Positions 1 to 13,144 of a stretch of DNA of 64,000 nt are shown piece by piece (the first letter of the stretch is position 1; the number at the start of each line of letters is the position of its first letter). The stretch lies in contig NC_043000.1 of assembly GCF_006345805.1 (NCBI RefSeq), positions 159,650,001 to 159,714,000 on the forward strand, given 5' to 3'. The stretch is from Octopus sinensis (Eukaryota). The position numbers and the translations under genes were made by a program. The notes under the pieces are model-generated. The model saw nothing but the letters and a program-made list of their open reading frames with translations. It had not been told where the DNA came from and made no database searches.

Positions 1-185
1 TTTTATGAATTTTCTATCCAAAACCCAATCAAAATGCCCGAAACTTGATATGCCAATCGAATGCCAGTTAGCTGTATGTGATTGGGCGGAGATTTGGACA
101 GTACTTGCTTGTATGTGCGCACGTGCGCAGCTGTATACGCATGCACTAGCACTATGACCCAGCAACGCCGGGTCATAGTGCTAGT
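1..185 (+). mobile_element. Probable Helitron-like 3' terminus (GC hairpin followed by CTAGT)
   Basis: GACCC-AGCAACGCC-GGGTC hairpin followed by ATAGTGCTAGT, ending at 185. The 5' extent is unknown. Confidence 0.5.
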
Positions 186-319
186 TATTATTTTTATTGT
201 ATTTTGCATTTATATTCATGTAACGTCATCTGTTTTTCTGTCCTTGTTTTTGTATACATTCGATGCTTTCTTCCAAGGAATCTAATGCTCTTAGCTTAGT
301 TTTTCCTTGGGGCTGGCCA

Positions 320-500
320 GATTGGAGTAATCTCAAGATTAATCAGCCGAAATTGCGAGGATGATCCGGTTCTTGACTGAGGATAGAAAGCTTCGAATGA
401 CCTGTCCTTGTTTTTCTTTGTATCGTCTATCTGGATGTTTTGTTGTCCCTTTTTGTATCACATAGTTGTCTGGATGTTTTGCGTTCTTGTCCATTTTATA
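320..500. repeat. Dispersed repeat; an inverted copy lies at ~58200-58342
   Basis: CAGCCGAAATTGC...TCTGGATGTTTTGTTGTCCCTTTTTGTATCAC matches the reverse complement of 58200-58342. Both copies abut TA-type microsatellites. Confidence 0.6.
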
Positions 501-539
501 TTATATTATATTATATATATTATATATATATATAAAGTG

Positions 540-735
540 GTAACCTCACCAGCCCTGGTAGCACAAAACAGAGCACCCAGTACACACTGTAAAGTGCATT
601 GTGTTAGGAAGGGCATCCAGCCATAGGAGCCATGCTAAAGCTGACAGTGGAGTGCAACACAGCACTATGGTTGATTCCATTAAACAACCCAATCTATGAC
701 AGCATGGAAAACAGAAGTTAATTGACAATGATGAT
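540..735 (+). mobile_element. Degenerate RTE-type LINE/SINE 3' tail
   Basis: TTAGGAAGGGCATCCAGCC...CAGCATGGAAAACAG...ATGATGAT resembles RTE 3' ends. Confidence 0.45.
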
Positions 736-1030
736 ATTGTAGAGTATTTCCACTTGGATCAATCATCCGGATCAAAGTTATCTAAGTTTCATTTCTTTTC
801 TTACCATCCACTAAGACACTCAAATAACAAGGCAACCCAATTTATTTTCTTTTGTGGTTTGTCACCTAATTACAGCTGAAAAGAAATACCAAATATTGGA
901 TAAATTAACAGACAGAAAACAAGAAGAGTAGACTAGTGTATCAAGAGAACATAGATCCATATATGCATGAATATATTGGTTACAGAAGATGCACCTGGGA
1001 TAAAAAGGAATATACTTTCGTATATATATA

Positions 1031-2649
1031 TTGGGTTGTCCAGAAAGTTTGTGCCGATTTATAGTAGCTTACCCTTCGACTTATTTTAGAACATGGTCAA
1101 GTGCAGAAAATAGGATTTGACTACACCTCCATTTAGAGCACAGTTTAAGCTATCTTTTCATGGAAGAAGGTTCATGTTCCTACGAGGGACGTTCAATAAG
1201 TAATGCCTCTGACCCACTTGCAGTTGTTTGATCTAGCTGAAATTTTGCATGTGCAATTATTCATATCTCTATAGATTAAGTGGCAAATTACAGCTCTGAG
1301 CTAATTGTGGTTTCTGATTTACAGGTGTTTGAACTGAGTCAAGTGTGAAATGGAGCCTGTTGAGTGTCGAGCAGTGATCCGGTTTTTGTATTTGAAAGAA
1401 CGCACACCACAGGAGACTTTTGATGAAATAGAAGTAACTTATGGTGATGATGCCCCATTATATGACCTTGTAAAACGCTGGCATCGTGAATTCAAACATG
1501 GTCGGAACTCTGTAGAAACAGCTCCCAGATCTGGTCACCCCACTTCTGCCATTGATGAGGCATCTGTCCGTCAAGTTGAGGCTGCCATTTTGGAAGATCG
1601 ATGCATAACTATTCGCGAAATAGCCCATGAAGTCAAGATTAGTACCGGGTCTGTGGAAACTATCATTCATGACCATTTGCATATGCAAAAGGTGTCTGCC
1701 AGATGGATTCCCAGGTTGCTCATACCTTTCCAGAGCAAGAACGCGTCGAGTGCTCGAGGATGAATTTGGAGATGTGCCAAGAAGAGGAGTCAAAATTTTT
1801 CAAAAGACTGATTACACAGGATGAAACCTGGGTCCATCACTATGATTCAGAGACCAAATCCCAGTCAATGCAGTGGAAGCACCGTGACTCACCTCCTCCA
1901 AAGAAGGCAAGGGTGCAGCCCTCTGCTGGCAAGGTCATGCTCACAGTCTTCTGGGACCAGGACGGAGTAGTGATGACAGATTTCCTGACAAAGGGTACCA
2001 CAATTACAGGAGTCTATTATGCTTCACTTTTGAAGAAATTAAGAGAAGCTATCAAAATCAAGAGGTGGGGCAAGATCAGCAAAGGCATCCTTCTCCTGCA
2101 GGACAACGCTCCGGTCCACAACTCGCGTGTCGCCAGATCAGAAGCACAGGCGTGCTGCTATGAACTCCTCCCCATTCCCCTACGCTCCTGACCTTGCACC
2201 CTCTGATTTTCACCTCTTCCCAGCCATGAAGTTGTTTTTGAAAGGAAAGCATTTCACAGATGATGCAGCCTTGATTTCTAAAGTCACGTCGTGGTTGGAG
2301 GACCAAGCTGGGGTCTTCTACAAAAATGGTCTCCAGCGCTGCATCAAACGATGGGAGAAATGCGTAACTCTGGGTGGTTCCTATGTATTTACCAGATATT
2401 ACTCCTTCGGATTTCCACTTATTCAGGTCTCTGCAGAATAGTCTTAATGGTAAAAAGATACCTTGATGAATTCTTTGCCAATGAAACCACCTCAATTCTG
2501 GGAAGAGGGTATTTTCTAGTTAAAGGAAAGATGGAGAAGCATTGTGCAACAAAATGGTTCATATTTGGTTGATTAAAAATGTAATGGCAAGTATTTATTG
2601 ACCTTTTTCTTTCCTTTAAAAATCAGCACAAACTTTCCGGACAACCCAA
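1031..2649 (+). mobile_element. Outer mariner element, internally deleted and hosting a second mariner
   Basis: TIRs TTGGGTTGTCCAGAAAGTTTGTGCCGATTT and AAATCAGCACAAACTTTCCGGACAACCCAA with TA on each side. A C-terminal remnant (PDITPSDFHLFRSLQNSLNGKK...IVQQNGSYLVD) lies at ~2385-2575. Confidence 0.8.
1350..2385 (+). pseudogene. Mariner DD34D transposase with 2 frameshifts (inner element starts TA|CGAGGG at ~1183; 3' TIR missing)
   Basis: Three ORF pieces give an HTH region, WIPRLL, TQDETWVHHYD, KVMLTVFWD, LLQDNAPVH, and PY(A)PDLAPSDFHLFP. Confidence 0.92.
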
Positions 2650-3127
2650 TATAATGACAATAGCCATGGGAAACTAATGGACTCAAATATACACCAACAC
2701 ACTTATACAAATGCTAATGAGAGGAAGCCATGAAGAAACAAAATTCAATTATTCATGCATAAAGCACTGGGCATTGTATGTCTATGAACCTTGATTAATA
2801 AATAAACAACATACATAAAGGAGCATGAGCTCAATAGACACATTAACATGTGACTGATAAACAACATATGCACAAACATATGGGACAAGTGGACAGCACA
2901 TACTTTGGAAAAAGTGAACATGTACATTGGAACAAGTGAATACATAGATGTATGTTGTGTGGTTAAGAAGCTCACTTAGCAACCTTGGGGTTTCAGGTTC
3001 AGTTCCATTGTGTAGTATCTTGGGAAGTGTCTTCCACAACAGCCTTGGGTTGACCAAAGCCTTGTGAATGGATTGATTAGACAAATATTATATAGAAATG
3101 AATCATGTATACATGCATACATACATA

Positions 3128-3418
3128 CATCACCGTGATCGACCAGGCAATCAGATGTTGCTACACATCGCTGGTCACAATGCGCTTCGCATTGTTTTAG
3201 CCTTCAAATGACGCCACCCCGCTGGATAAGCGAGCAGGTCGACAGAAGAAAGAGTGAGAGTAAGTTGTGGTGAAAGAGTACAGCAGGGATCACAACCATC
3301 CCCTGCCGGAGCCTCGTGGAGCTTTAGGTGTTTTCACTCAATAAACACTCACAACGCCCGGTCTGGGAATCGAAACCGCGAGTATGCTGCCCTAACCACT
3401 GGACCATTGCGCCTCCAC
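3128..3418 (-). mobile_element. tRNA-derived SINE, family C
   Basis: Minus-strand head GGAGGCGCAATGGTCCAGTGGTTAGGGCAGC; homologous to 23148-23545 and 43300-43590. Confidence 0.75.
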
Positions 3419-4179
3419 ACACACATCCATATATATTGTGTGTATGTATGTGTCTATGTTTGTTCCTCATCACCACTTGACAATCAGTGCTGGTTTGTTT
3501 ATGTTCCATTGAATTAATGGTTTGATAAAGAAACAAATAGAATAAGTACCAGGCTTTAAAATAATAAGAACTGGGGGTAATTTACTCCACAAAACTCTTC
3601 AAGATAGTGCTCCAGTATGGCCATAATTCAAGTGATCACTATATATATATATATATATATAAAACCATAGGACAGGTGAACAACACACACACACACCAAC
3701 TTGGGAAAAGTGAGGCACATGACTTGTAAACAATAAACACACAAACTCATATGAAGACCAGCAACATCTGATAAGTACGCTAAATGCATACATATGCATA
3801 GTTAAATGAACAACATACAAATATGCATACAAGAAACTGAACACTATGCACAAATATAAAAATGGGACAAGTGAACAGCTCACAAAAACCCACGTGATAA
3901 ATGAACAACATAAGTATGAAACAAGTGAACGTCACACTAGTATTGGACATGTTAACATCACAAGTACACACTATGTGTTTATGTGTTATTCACTTGTCCA
4001 CTGTATAGATGTAGTTCACTTTTGTCAGGCTTGTGTGTGAGTGTGTAGGCATTATTTACTTCAGCCAATATATATATATATGAACAGTATACATTTGTGC
4101 CACTGAACTATTTATATATATTTGTCTTACTTTATATGCTATTCACTAGCTCCAATGAAATGTGACATCACTAGTCCCA

Positions 4180-4492
4180 CCAAAACGTGCCGGTCGCAAC
4201 CCGCGCCGAAACGTGACGGCCGCAATCCCGCGCCGAAAAGTGGCGGCCGTAATTCCGCGCCGAAACGTGGCGGTCGCAAGCTCCACCGAAACGTGGCGGT
4301 CGCAACCCTCTGCCGAAATGTGGCGGCCGCAATCCCGCGCCGAAACGTGGCGGTCGCAACCCCTGCCGCAACGTGGAGTTCGCACTCCCACTCCCCGCGC
4401 CGGAACGTGACGTTCGCAAGCCCTGCCGATACGTATCTTTTGCAAGCCCCACCGAAATGTGTCGTTCGCAAGCTCCGCCGAAACGTGCCTTT
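4180..4492. repeat. GC/CpG-rich minisatellite, 26-27 bp unit, about 11 copies
   Basis: Consensus approximately GCCGAAACGTGGCGGTCGCAATCCCGC. Confidence 0.85.
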
Positions 4493-4493
4493 C

Positions 4494-4698
4494 AGTAGTC
4501 CCACTGCATGTGCCGCTCAGTAGTTCCACACCATGTGCCGTTCAGGAGTTCCACTGCATGTGCCGCTCGGTAGTCCCACTCCATGTGCCGCTCGGTAGTC
4601 CCACACCACGTGCCGTTCAGGAGTTCCACTGCATGTGCCGCTCAGTAGTCCCATTCCATGTGCCGCTCAGGAATCCCACTGCATGTGCCGCTCAGTGG
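4494..4698. repeat. Minisatellite, 25 bp unit, about 8 copies
   Basis: Consensus approximately AGTAGTCCCACTGCATGTGCCGCTC. Confidence 0.9.
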
Positions 4699-6036
4699 TC
4701 CATTGTAAATGCTGTTTACTAGTCCCCCATATATTTCCATAGACGTAATGGGACAAGTAAATAGAACCTCAGCAAAGAACGACCGATACACAACATCGAC
4801 ACAGAAGCACGGGACAAGTAAACGAGCGACCAACACATACATAAACATATGCATGCATAGGGTGCAAGAACACACTGAAACACCGGTCAAATCAATCACA
4901 TGCGTACATATAGATTCCTGCCGGAAGTGGACACCCAGATATAATTGGAACACACGCACCTGCACGGGGCAATCAAATGTAATTCAAGCATATTTAAGTA
5001 GGAGCAAATAAAAAAGCATTTGTGGAGCAAACACCGTTGAGACTGTAGAGTAAAGTACACACACTCAGTGGCGAAAAATATATCACACATGCTTGAATGC
5101 CATATGTATGTGTGTATGTATGTACATATATATATATATAATACACGTGTGTATGATGAATATTACTCTCTTATATAATGTGTATTGCTTACAGATATGT
5201 TTGGCACATGATATACATAGGACTGCGGATTTATGCATCAAATATGCATAATATTGATTATTATTCTTATTACTGCTACTATATAGATATTTTACAGGCA
5301 TAAAACAGTATACATATCCTCACTACATGAAAGGAACACAAACACACACAGCATAGTAACTGCTTACATATACTGATATAACTACACAAACATCTATGCA
5401 AATGAAAAGTGCACGCATGCACATACATAGAGGTATACTACATATATATATATATATATATACAAGAACAATCTTACATTTGCACTTTTACTACATGTTC
5501 TATACTGACATAGCCTGGCATATTACATACGGCAAAATACTTCGCCTATAACCACACACATATCTCTAAACACGAACGTAGTTTCAGACATTAACACCTT
5601 TACAACATAGGGTGTTACGTACCCACCCTTCTCATTGTGTGAATGACATCTTCATAATACAAAGTATGCATACAATGTGCGAAACTAAAACTCGTACACA
5701 CGTGTGTGTGTGTGTACACACGTATATCACACCCACAAGTGCTTAGAACAGATGGAGGTAGTTACCGCTTACAAGAATACAACTTAACGTCCCGGGACAT
5801 GTGATACCAGATCACTATTATTACCACTACTACAATTAGTGTTATGTACTATTATTTAGTTGTCGCTACATTTGTGCTTTAACTGATATCAGCACTAACA
5901 CCGAAATTACTTAACTGGTACTACCCACCGCCGCCGCCGCCACAAGTTTAAACCTGCTGGTAGGTGAGAAGAGGAGCGACACAGACATGTGCGCTAGCTT
6001 TGTGTATATGTACGTGTGTCTGTGTGTGTATATATA

Positions 6037-6100
<64 letters not shown>

Positions 6101-6786
6101 CTCTTATTCTTCTATACATTTCTACCCTAAGGTTGTGTGGCCATGCTGCACTATATATATGTGTGTGTGTGAATAGCTAGGATATAGTCCCTTTATATCG
6201 AATCTGCAGAATTCAATCGTATCGATCACATGGTGATTTGAACTGCCGACGTGAAAGGAACTCAATACAGTACAGCAAGGCATCAATATTACTTCCAAAT
6301 CCATTTTTCTTTGCCTATATACATAACCTCCGTATATCTAGTGACTGCTAGTTACTCATACACACTAGAACCTTAAGTGTCTTTTGTTGTTTCGAGGTAT
6401 AAGAAATAAAATGTGTGGATAGGTGCGTGTGTATTCTCGTGTCCAATGATATAAATAATTAAACAAGTAGTATACAAGAGAATTTCTCTGGTCTAAAGTA
6501 CAGTATTTGTGTTCCCTGTAGACGCGTGTGTATCAGGATTTAATAAGCAGTGCTTTGTACTCGTGCGTGAGTGATTTATTAATGACTATGTACAAATGTA
6601 CGCATATGTGTGTGTATGTATTGCATATATAAGACAAACTGGGACAGTGAATGAAGGGAAACGACAGAAAGAAAAAGTAGGTAGGAAGACGAAAAAACAG
6701 AAAGAAAGAAGACAGGAATTTCTTTTTTTTTTTTTCTCTTAGTCCGGTGTAAATGGAAAAATCGTCCTCTGTCCCGAGAAACTTAC

Positions 6787-6934
6787 CTGATCCAGTAATA
6801 AGAACCGTCTCCCCTGCAACATCCTTCGCATAAAAACATCCCGGCAGGATGGCCCGTATAATTCCATCCAGTAAGTAATAATAAAAAGCCAAAATGGTTA
6901 GAATAATTTCCTTCACGAAATCCCAGTCGATCAT
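6787..6934 (-). CDS. First coding exon of a short-chain dehydrogenase/reductase (SDR16C / RDH10 / HSD17B11-like); later exons not found in the window
   Basis: MIDWDFVKEIILTILAFYYYLLDGIIRAILPGCFYAKDVAGETVLITGS-G is an N-terminal membrane anchor followed by the start of the Rossmann TGxxxGxG motif. It ends at a strong phase-1 donor CAG|GTAAGT. A plausible acceptor TTTTATTTTACAG| at 7153 would make 6935-7153 5' UTR. Confidence 0.85.
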
Positions 6935-9900
6935 AGTGGAGTTTGTATGTCTGATCTTCTGTGTACGGTTAATTTCCTTGTAAATATATGGTTTTTCTTT
7001 AAATAGAAAATTCCCAAGACAGTAAAACGCTGTTTCGTTTTATGTATAAGCTCCAAAGGATATTTTTTGGATTATTGTTTTTAATTAATCTTCGCCTGTT
7101 TTTTTTTCTCTTTCGTTTACTCCCCTCTATGTATTCGAATTAACCTCGAACTTCTGTAAAATAAAATATTAAATAAATTGAGAAAATTTATACATACATA
7201 TATAACACACACACTTATATGTATGTATTATCTGTTTACATTAACTATAGGACGTCCGGACTAGCACAGATGATTACATACATACATGCATATATACATA
7301 TATATATATATTTATCACACTCAATGACGGTTAAAGTGGATGTCAGTGGTTAACGTAAATATGAAATTATGTAAACAATTTTAGCGTTCATCAATTGGAA
7401 AAAAATATAATTTCAGATGTCAACAACAATATCCGGATAATTGAAGATAATAAATATACGTATAAAATACTCGATTAGCTTACATATAGGATATTAAATA
7501 AAATATATCATCTGATTACATTATGCGAGATATCCATTCATTTAAATTTAACAAATGTTCATATGGTCAGCCTTGCGACAAAAAAAAGATTTTTTTTTCT
7601 TCTGTTGTTAATGTTATGGTCCTGTCAGAAATAAAGTCTTGCATTGTGAGGGAGGGCAGGGAAAAGTTTTTTTCTTCTTGCTTCGTCTTTCATACATTAT
7701 ATTGACAATTAAATCATCGTTTATAATTATTTGCTACCTCTGCTACTATTTCTAGTCGTTGCTGTTATTGTTGTTCTCGTCATGATAATAGGTTTTCTGC
7801 CACCAAGTTCTTTGGGACTTCACAGGACGAAATTGCTCCTTCGTGTTTTTCTGTTTTTGTTTGAATTCCTCATTTCTCTGTTGTCGGTTTCTTTTATTCT
7901 CTTCTCTTCTCTCTCTCTCTCTCAGACACAAAGATACACAAAACCTACACAGACTTTTTTTCCTTTCCTTCTTTAGTTCAAGCACCGCGAAGAGGTAAGA
8001 GAGGTGTACGGAGAGAGGAGATATTTTTTCTTCTCTACTATTTTCTTTGATTACATTCATAAATAGCCCATAGTAGAAGTAGATTTGAAGGCGGTAAGCT
8101 CCCAGTGCGTTCTGATTTGCTAGTCTAATTATGCGATCCGGTTTCGGGTCACGGCTGGCGCTATTTCAACTTAAAAAAAAAAAAAAATCCCCTAACTTCA
8201 ACTTTTACATCGTTCCACTCCCTAAAATTCACACTGCCCTCATCCTACTGATGTCCATCCAGTGAAATAGCAGACATGTGTAACACATTTTATTTTAAGA
8301 AATAATTTTAATTATTAATTAAAAACATGTGTTAATCATTCCTCAATTAAGAACGAAAATAGCAACGATATGCGATCTGGGTTACTGTGTTAGTAACACA
8401 GTAATAACAAATTTGTGCATTTGAAATTTACAAATATTGTTAATAATGATTTTAGAATTGGCTCGTAGCCACGAAATTCCGCAAAAGTGTGTGTCAATTA
8501 TATCGATCTCAGATGTAGACTGGTGCATATTTTATCGATCTCCGGAGAGATTTGATCAGAGTACGTAACTAAATACTACTACACAGAATTTTTTCCGCCT
8601 GTTTTCGAATCCTCAACTTATCTACTCAAAATTCAGGTTTAAGAATAAGAACAAAGACGCACATTTTGAGGGAGGGTGGCCACAATATCTGACAGGTACT
8701 TTTAATAAATACGCTTACAAGAATAAAATAACATAGTTGACTTTTCCAGTGGTTTGAACTCAGCTGTTAAATTTACAGACAACTGATGTACAGGTAGTTC
8801 TACACATACCCACTCACCTAGAGAAGTTTTGGCCAATGGTGATTCTAGCAAAGTTTAGCAGAATAGGACAAGTTGATCAGCTAACGTAAAGTGTGAACAC
8901 GTGTTTACTGCCCTAATAATTCTGGAGTAAAAAACAAATAAAGGTGTTAAAGTTCGCTTACATTCTGTGAGTGTTGACGAAGATGAGCATGGGTGACAGT
9001 TAACATACAGGTAAAGAAAAAGGCAGGCCTTACACTTTAAGACGGTACATACATATTAATGAAAAATTAAATAGATACAGGTGAAATGTGTCAAATAAAT
9101 GAAAGACATACCGGAATGTAAGTGCATCGTGAAAAATCAATACATGTATTCAGATAGGTGTGTGTGTGTGTGTGTGTATGTAAAATGTAAAAGCCAATTA
9201 ATAATTTTAAAAAATAGTTAATAGGTACCTTGAACAGTTATTGTTCTCCCTTAAGTTGTGAAAAGTAAAACCATATATATCTCTATCTCTCTGTGTGTCC
9301 ACTACATATGTGACACTAAAAAACAAAAGTTGCATAACTGTGAAGAACAAGTTCAAGTAAATGCAGAGACAAAGGTAAACTTGAGATTATACGGGAGAAA
9401 CCCACAGAAGTAAAAACCGGGGTAAATGAGAGAAGACAAAGAACAACCCACCGAGTGAGTTTGCAAAGGTTTGTTTATAAAGTGAAAGGCTTAATTGCTT
9501 TAAAACGAGCAATCAACTTACTTCTAGTAAGACACTTTGAAAAGTTTTTTTTTTTATATATATATACTGTTTGCTATATATTACTTCTTTGCTTTCCTTT
9601 TTTTTTTCCCTCCCTCTAACTTCTTTTCCTTTCACTACCAAAATTCTTTGTAGACACATTCCTTCTCTTTCTTTCTCTTTTATTTTTTTTTCTTTGGTCT
9701 TCTTTGTTGTCATTATATATATATATATTTTTGTTTTTTTTTGTTTTCAAATTTATTTCCCTCTCACTCTTCCATCCTCCTCTACTCTCCCGAAACACCC
9801 TCCTCCGCTTTTACCGTTGCTAAAATTTCTTCACACCACCACTTTCTCCCCCACACAAACATACACAGATACACGTACATATGCGCACACGTCTCCCTCC

Positions 9901-9939
9901 CCCAACAAGCATTTCAGTATATTTGTATACACATAAATG

Positions 9940-10380
<441 letters not shown>

Positions 10381-10396
10381 GTTTGCATGTTTGCAT

Positions 10397-11224
10397 TCTT
10401 TTATTCTTTTACTTGTTTCAGTCACTCGACTACAGCCATGCTGGAGCACGGCCTTTAGTCGAGCAAGTCGACCCCAGGACCTTTTCTTTGTAAGCCTAGT
10501 ACTTATTCTATCGGTCTATCTTGCCGAACTGCTAAGTGATGGGGACGTAAACACACTAGAATCGGTTGTCAAGCGATGTTGGGGGTACAAACATATGCAT
10601 ACATACATACACACGCAGACACACACACACAAACATGCATATATATATATATATATATGGCATAGTTTCGGTTATACACATACACCGAGTAAAAAATTAC
10701 ACTGAATCGACCATACATACATACACACATACATACATACACATACACACATACATAGATACATAACATACACACACACACATACATGCAGACATACATA
10801 TACACATACACCGAGTAAAAAATTACGATGAATCGGCCATACATACATACATACACACACACATACTTACACACACACATACTTACACACACACACATAC
10901 ATTAGTACATACACACACACACACATACATGCATACGTACATATACACATACACAGAGTAAAAAATCAGTTATCTCTCTCTTTCACACATTACTCTCTCT
11001 GTCTCTTCACACACACTAACAGAAGCACTTCACTTACACAACATACTGTCTGTCTCCCACACCCCATCAAACACACACACGGGGACTTCAAAGAGAAATT
11101 TCCTCGTCATAAAATCGCTTCCTCTTAGTCTCTTTCGCTCTCATTACTTATGTAAAAAAATCGACAGAAATCTGTGCTACGACAGGCGAAACTTCGCCAT
11201 ATATATATTATATATTATATATTA

Positions 11225-11307
<83 letters not shown>

Positions 11308-11478
11308 ATATTTGTGTATATATATCCTCACACACGACGGGCTTCTTTCAGTTTCCGTCTACTAAATCTAGTCACAAGGCTTTGGTTGGCCCGAGGCTAT
11401 AGTAGAAGATACTTGCCACGCAGCGGGATTGAACCTGGAACCATGTGGTTGGTAAGCAAGCAACTTACCACACAGCCA
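10397..11478 (-). mobile_element. tRNA-derived composite SINE, family A, stretched by internal simple repeats
   Basis: 3' part at 10397-10590 and 5' part at 11330-11478 match full copies such as 17218-17620. Confidence 0.75.
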
Positions 11479-11559
11479 TATATATATACTCATGTGTATA
11501 TCTGTATCGGTACGTTTACGTACATGTATGCACATATATTTGTACGAATCTATGAACAT

Positions 11560-11634
11560 TTATTTGTATGTATATATATATATATATAGATATATATATG
11601 ATAAAATAAATAGATAAAATAAAATACAAATAAA

Positions 11635-11669
<35 letters not shown>

Positions 11670-11863
11670 ATATATATAAGTATATGTATATATGTATATG
11701 TATATATACATATATATATATGTATACACACACATATACACCGGTGTATATACATATACACTTTTATGTCTGTATACATCTATGCATATATAGACATATA
11801 TGTTCATGATTATATATGCGTCTATGTGTGTGTGTGTGTGAATGTACACAGCAATTCCTTTAC

Positions 11864-11894
<31 letters not shown>

Positions 11895-12019
11895 ATATAT
11901 ATATATATATGCATATTAATATATCTGTATATGTATGTATACTTATTTATATACATATATTATATTCATATATATATATAGAATATATACACATATATAT
12001 GCATATTCAAATACATATT

Positions 12020-12072
<53 letters not shown>

Positions 12073-12346
12073 ATATATAAGTATATGTATATATGTATAT
12101 GTATATATACATATATATATTCATATACATATATATATATATAAATATATTTTATAAATACATATATCTACTCATATATATATTTATATGTATATATATA
12201 TATATATATATGTATATTATATACATATATATTCATATATATGTATATTATATATTTATATATGTATATTATATATACATATATATTCATATATATGTAT
12301 ATTATATATACATATATATTCATATATATATATATTTATATATATA

Positions 12347-12396
<50 letters not shown>

Positions 12397-12425
12397 TATT
12401 ATATTATATTATATTATATATATTA
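11560..12425. repeat. Long compound (TA)n/(CA)n microsatellite
   Basis: Direct inspection. Confidence 0.95.
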
Positions 12426-13094
12426 TAGATTCTAAACAACACTGTCCGACAAACCGAAACGTAAAACTCTGAGTCACAGTTTTGGGGATATTTTTGCTGC
12501 TTTATAATAAAATATATATATATACATACATGTGTGTGTGTATTCATACTATGTTCATATAATATATGCGTACACATATATGAATGCATATTGTATTATA
12601 AGAGTTGTAAAATATATTTTAACATATTTTACAAAGTATAAGCTTTACTATTACCTGATACAGAATTCAATACGTTAGTTCGGTCCAGTGGAGTGGTACG
12701 TATGGTGATTACAATGAAAGTTATCAGTCAAAGATAAGTTTCATCATGTGCTGGGCTGTTCACGACCGTCAAGTATCACAGCTAGGGGCGAGAAACAGTA
12801 GACTTTCAACTTTTGATATAACCACACACACACACACATACATATCTTATAATTTGCTCGTTATAAATTACTTATCAAAAAGTGCTAATCAGTCTTCAGC
12901 TGTGAACGTAAGTAACAATGAATACAATATGTGTTACTGTGTTTATCAGACTGATTCTAATACAATAAATTTGGACTTTTGAAATTTACAAATATTATAT
13001 AAGGTACGTCTGTGTATACCTATATATATACCTTATTCAAAAGCAGCAGAAATATAACAAAAGCTGTTACTCGGAGTTTCAGTTGTTAACAAAA

Positions 13095-13132
13095 CTGTCC
13101 GACGAACGGGAACGTGAAACTCCGAGTAACAG
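13095..13132 (+). ncRNA. Minimal type I hammerhead-like motif, U4C variant
   Basis: CTGT-CCGACGA-ACG(GGAA)CGT-GAA-ACTC(C)GAGT-A^ACAG: stems I, II and III all pair. Confidence 0.6.
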
Positions 13133-13144
13133 CTTTTGTTATAT

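Noticed and set aside
4122-4722. Overlapping ORFs and a CRISPR-like look of the GC-rich repeats
   Set aside because: The units are directly adjacent with no unique spacers, there are no cas genes, and the context is eukaryotic. The ORFs arise from stop-poor GC repeats.
10686-10970. Three copies of CCGAGTAAAAAATTAC separated by CA/CATA tracts
   Set aside because: This is a local compound minisatellite inside a SINE; the spacers are simple repeats.
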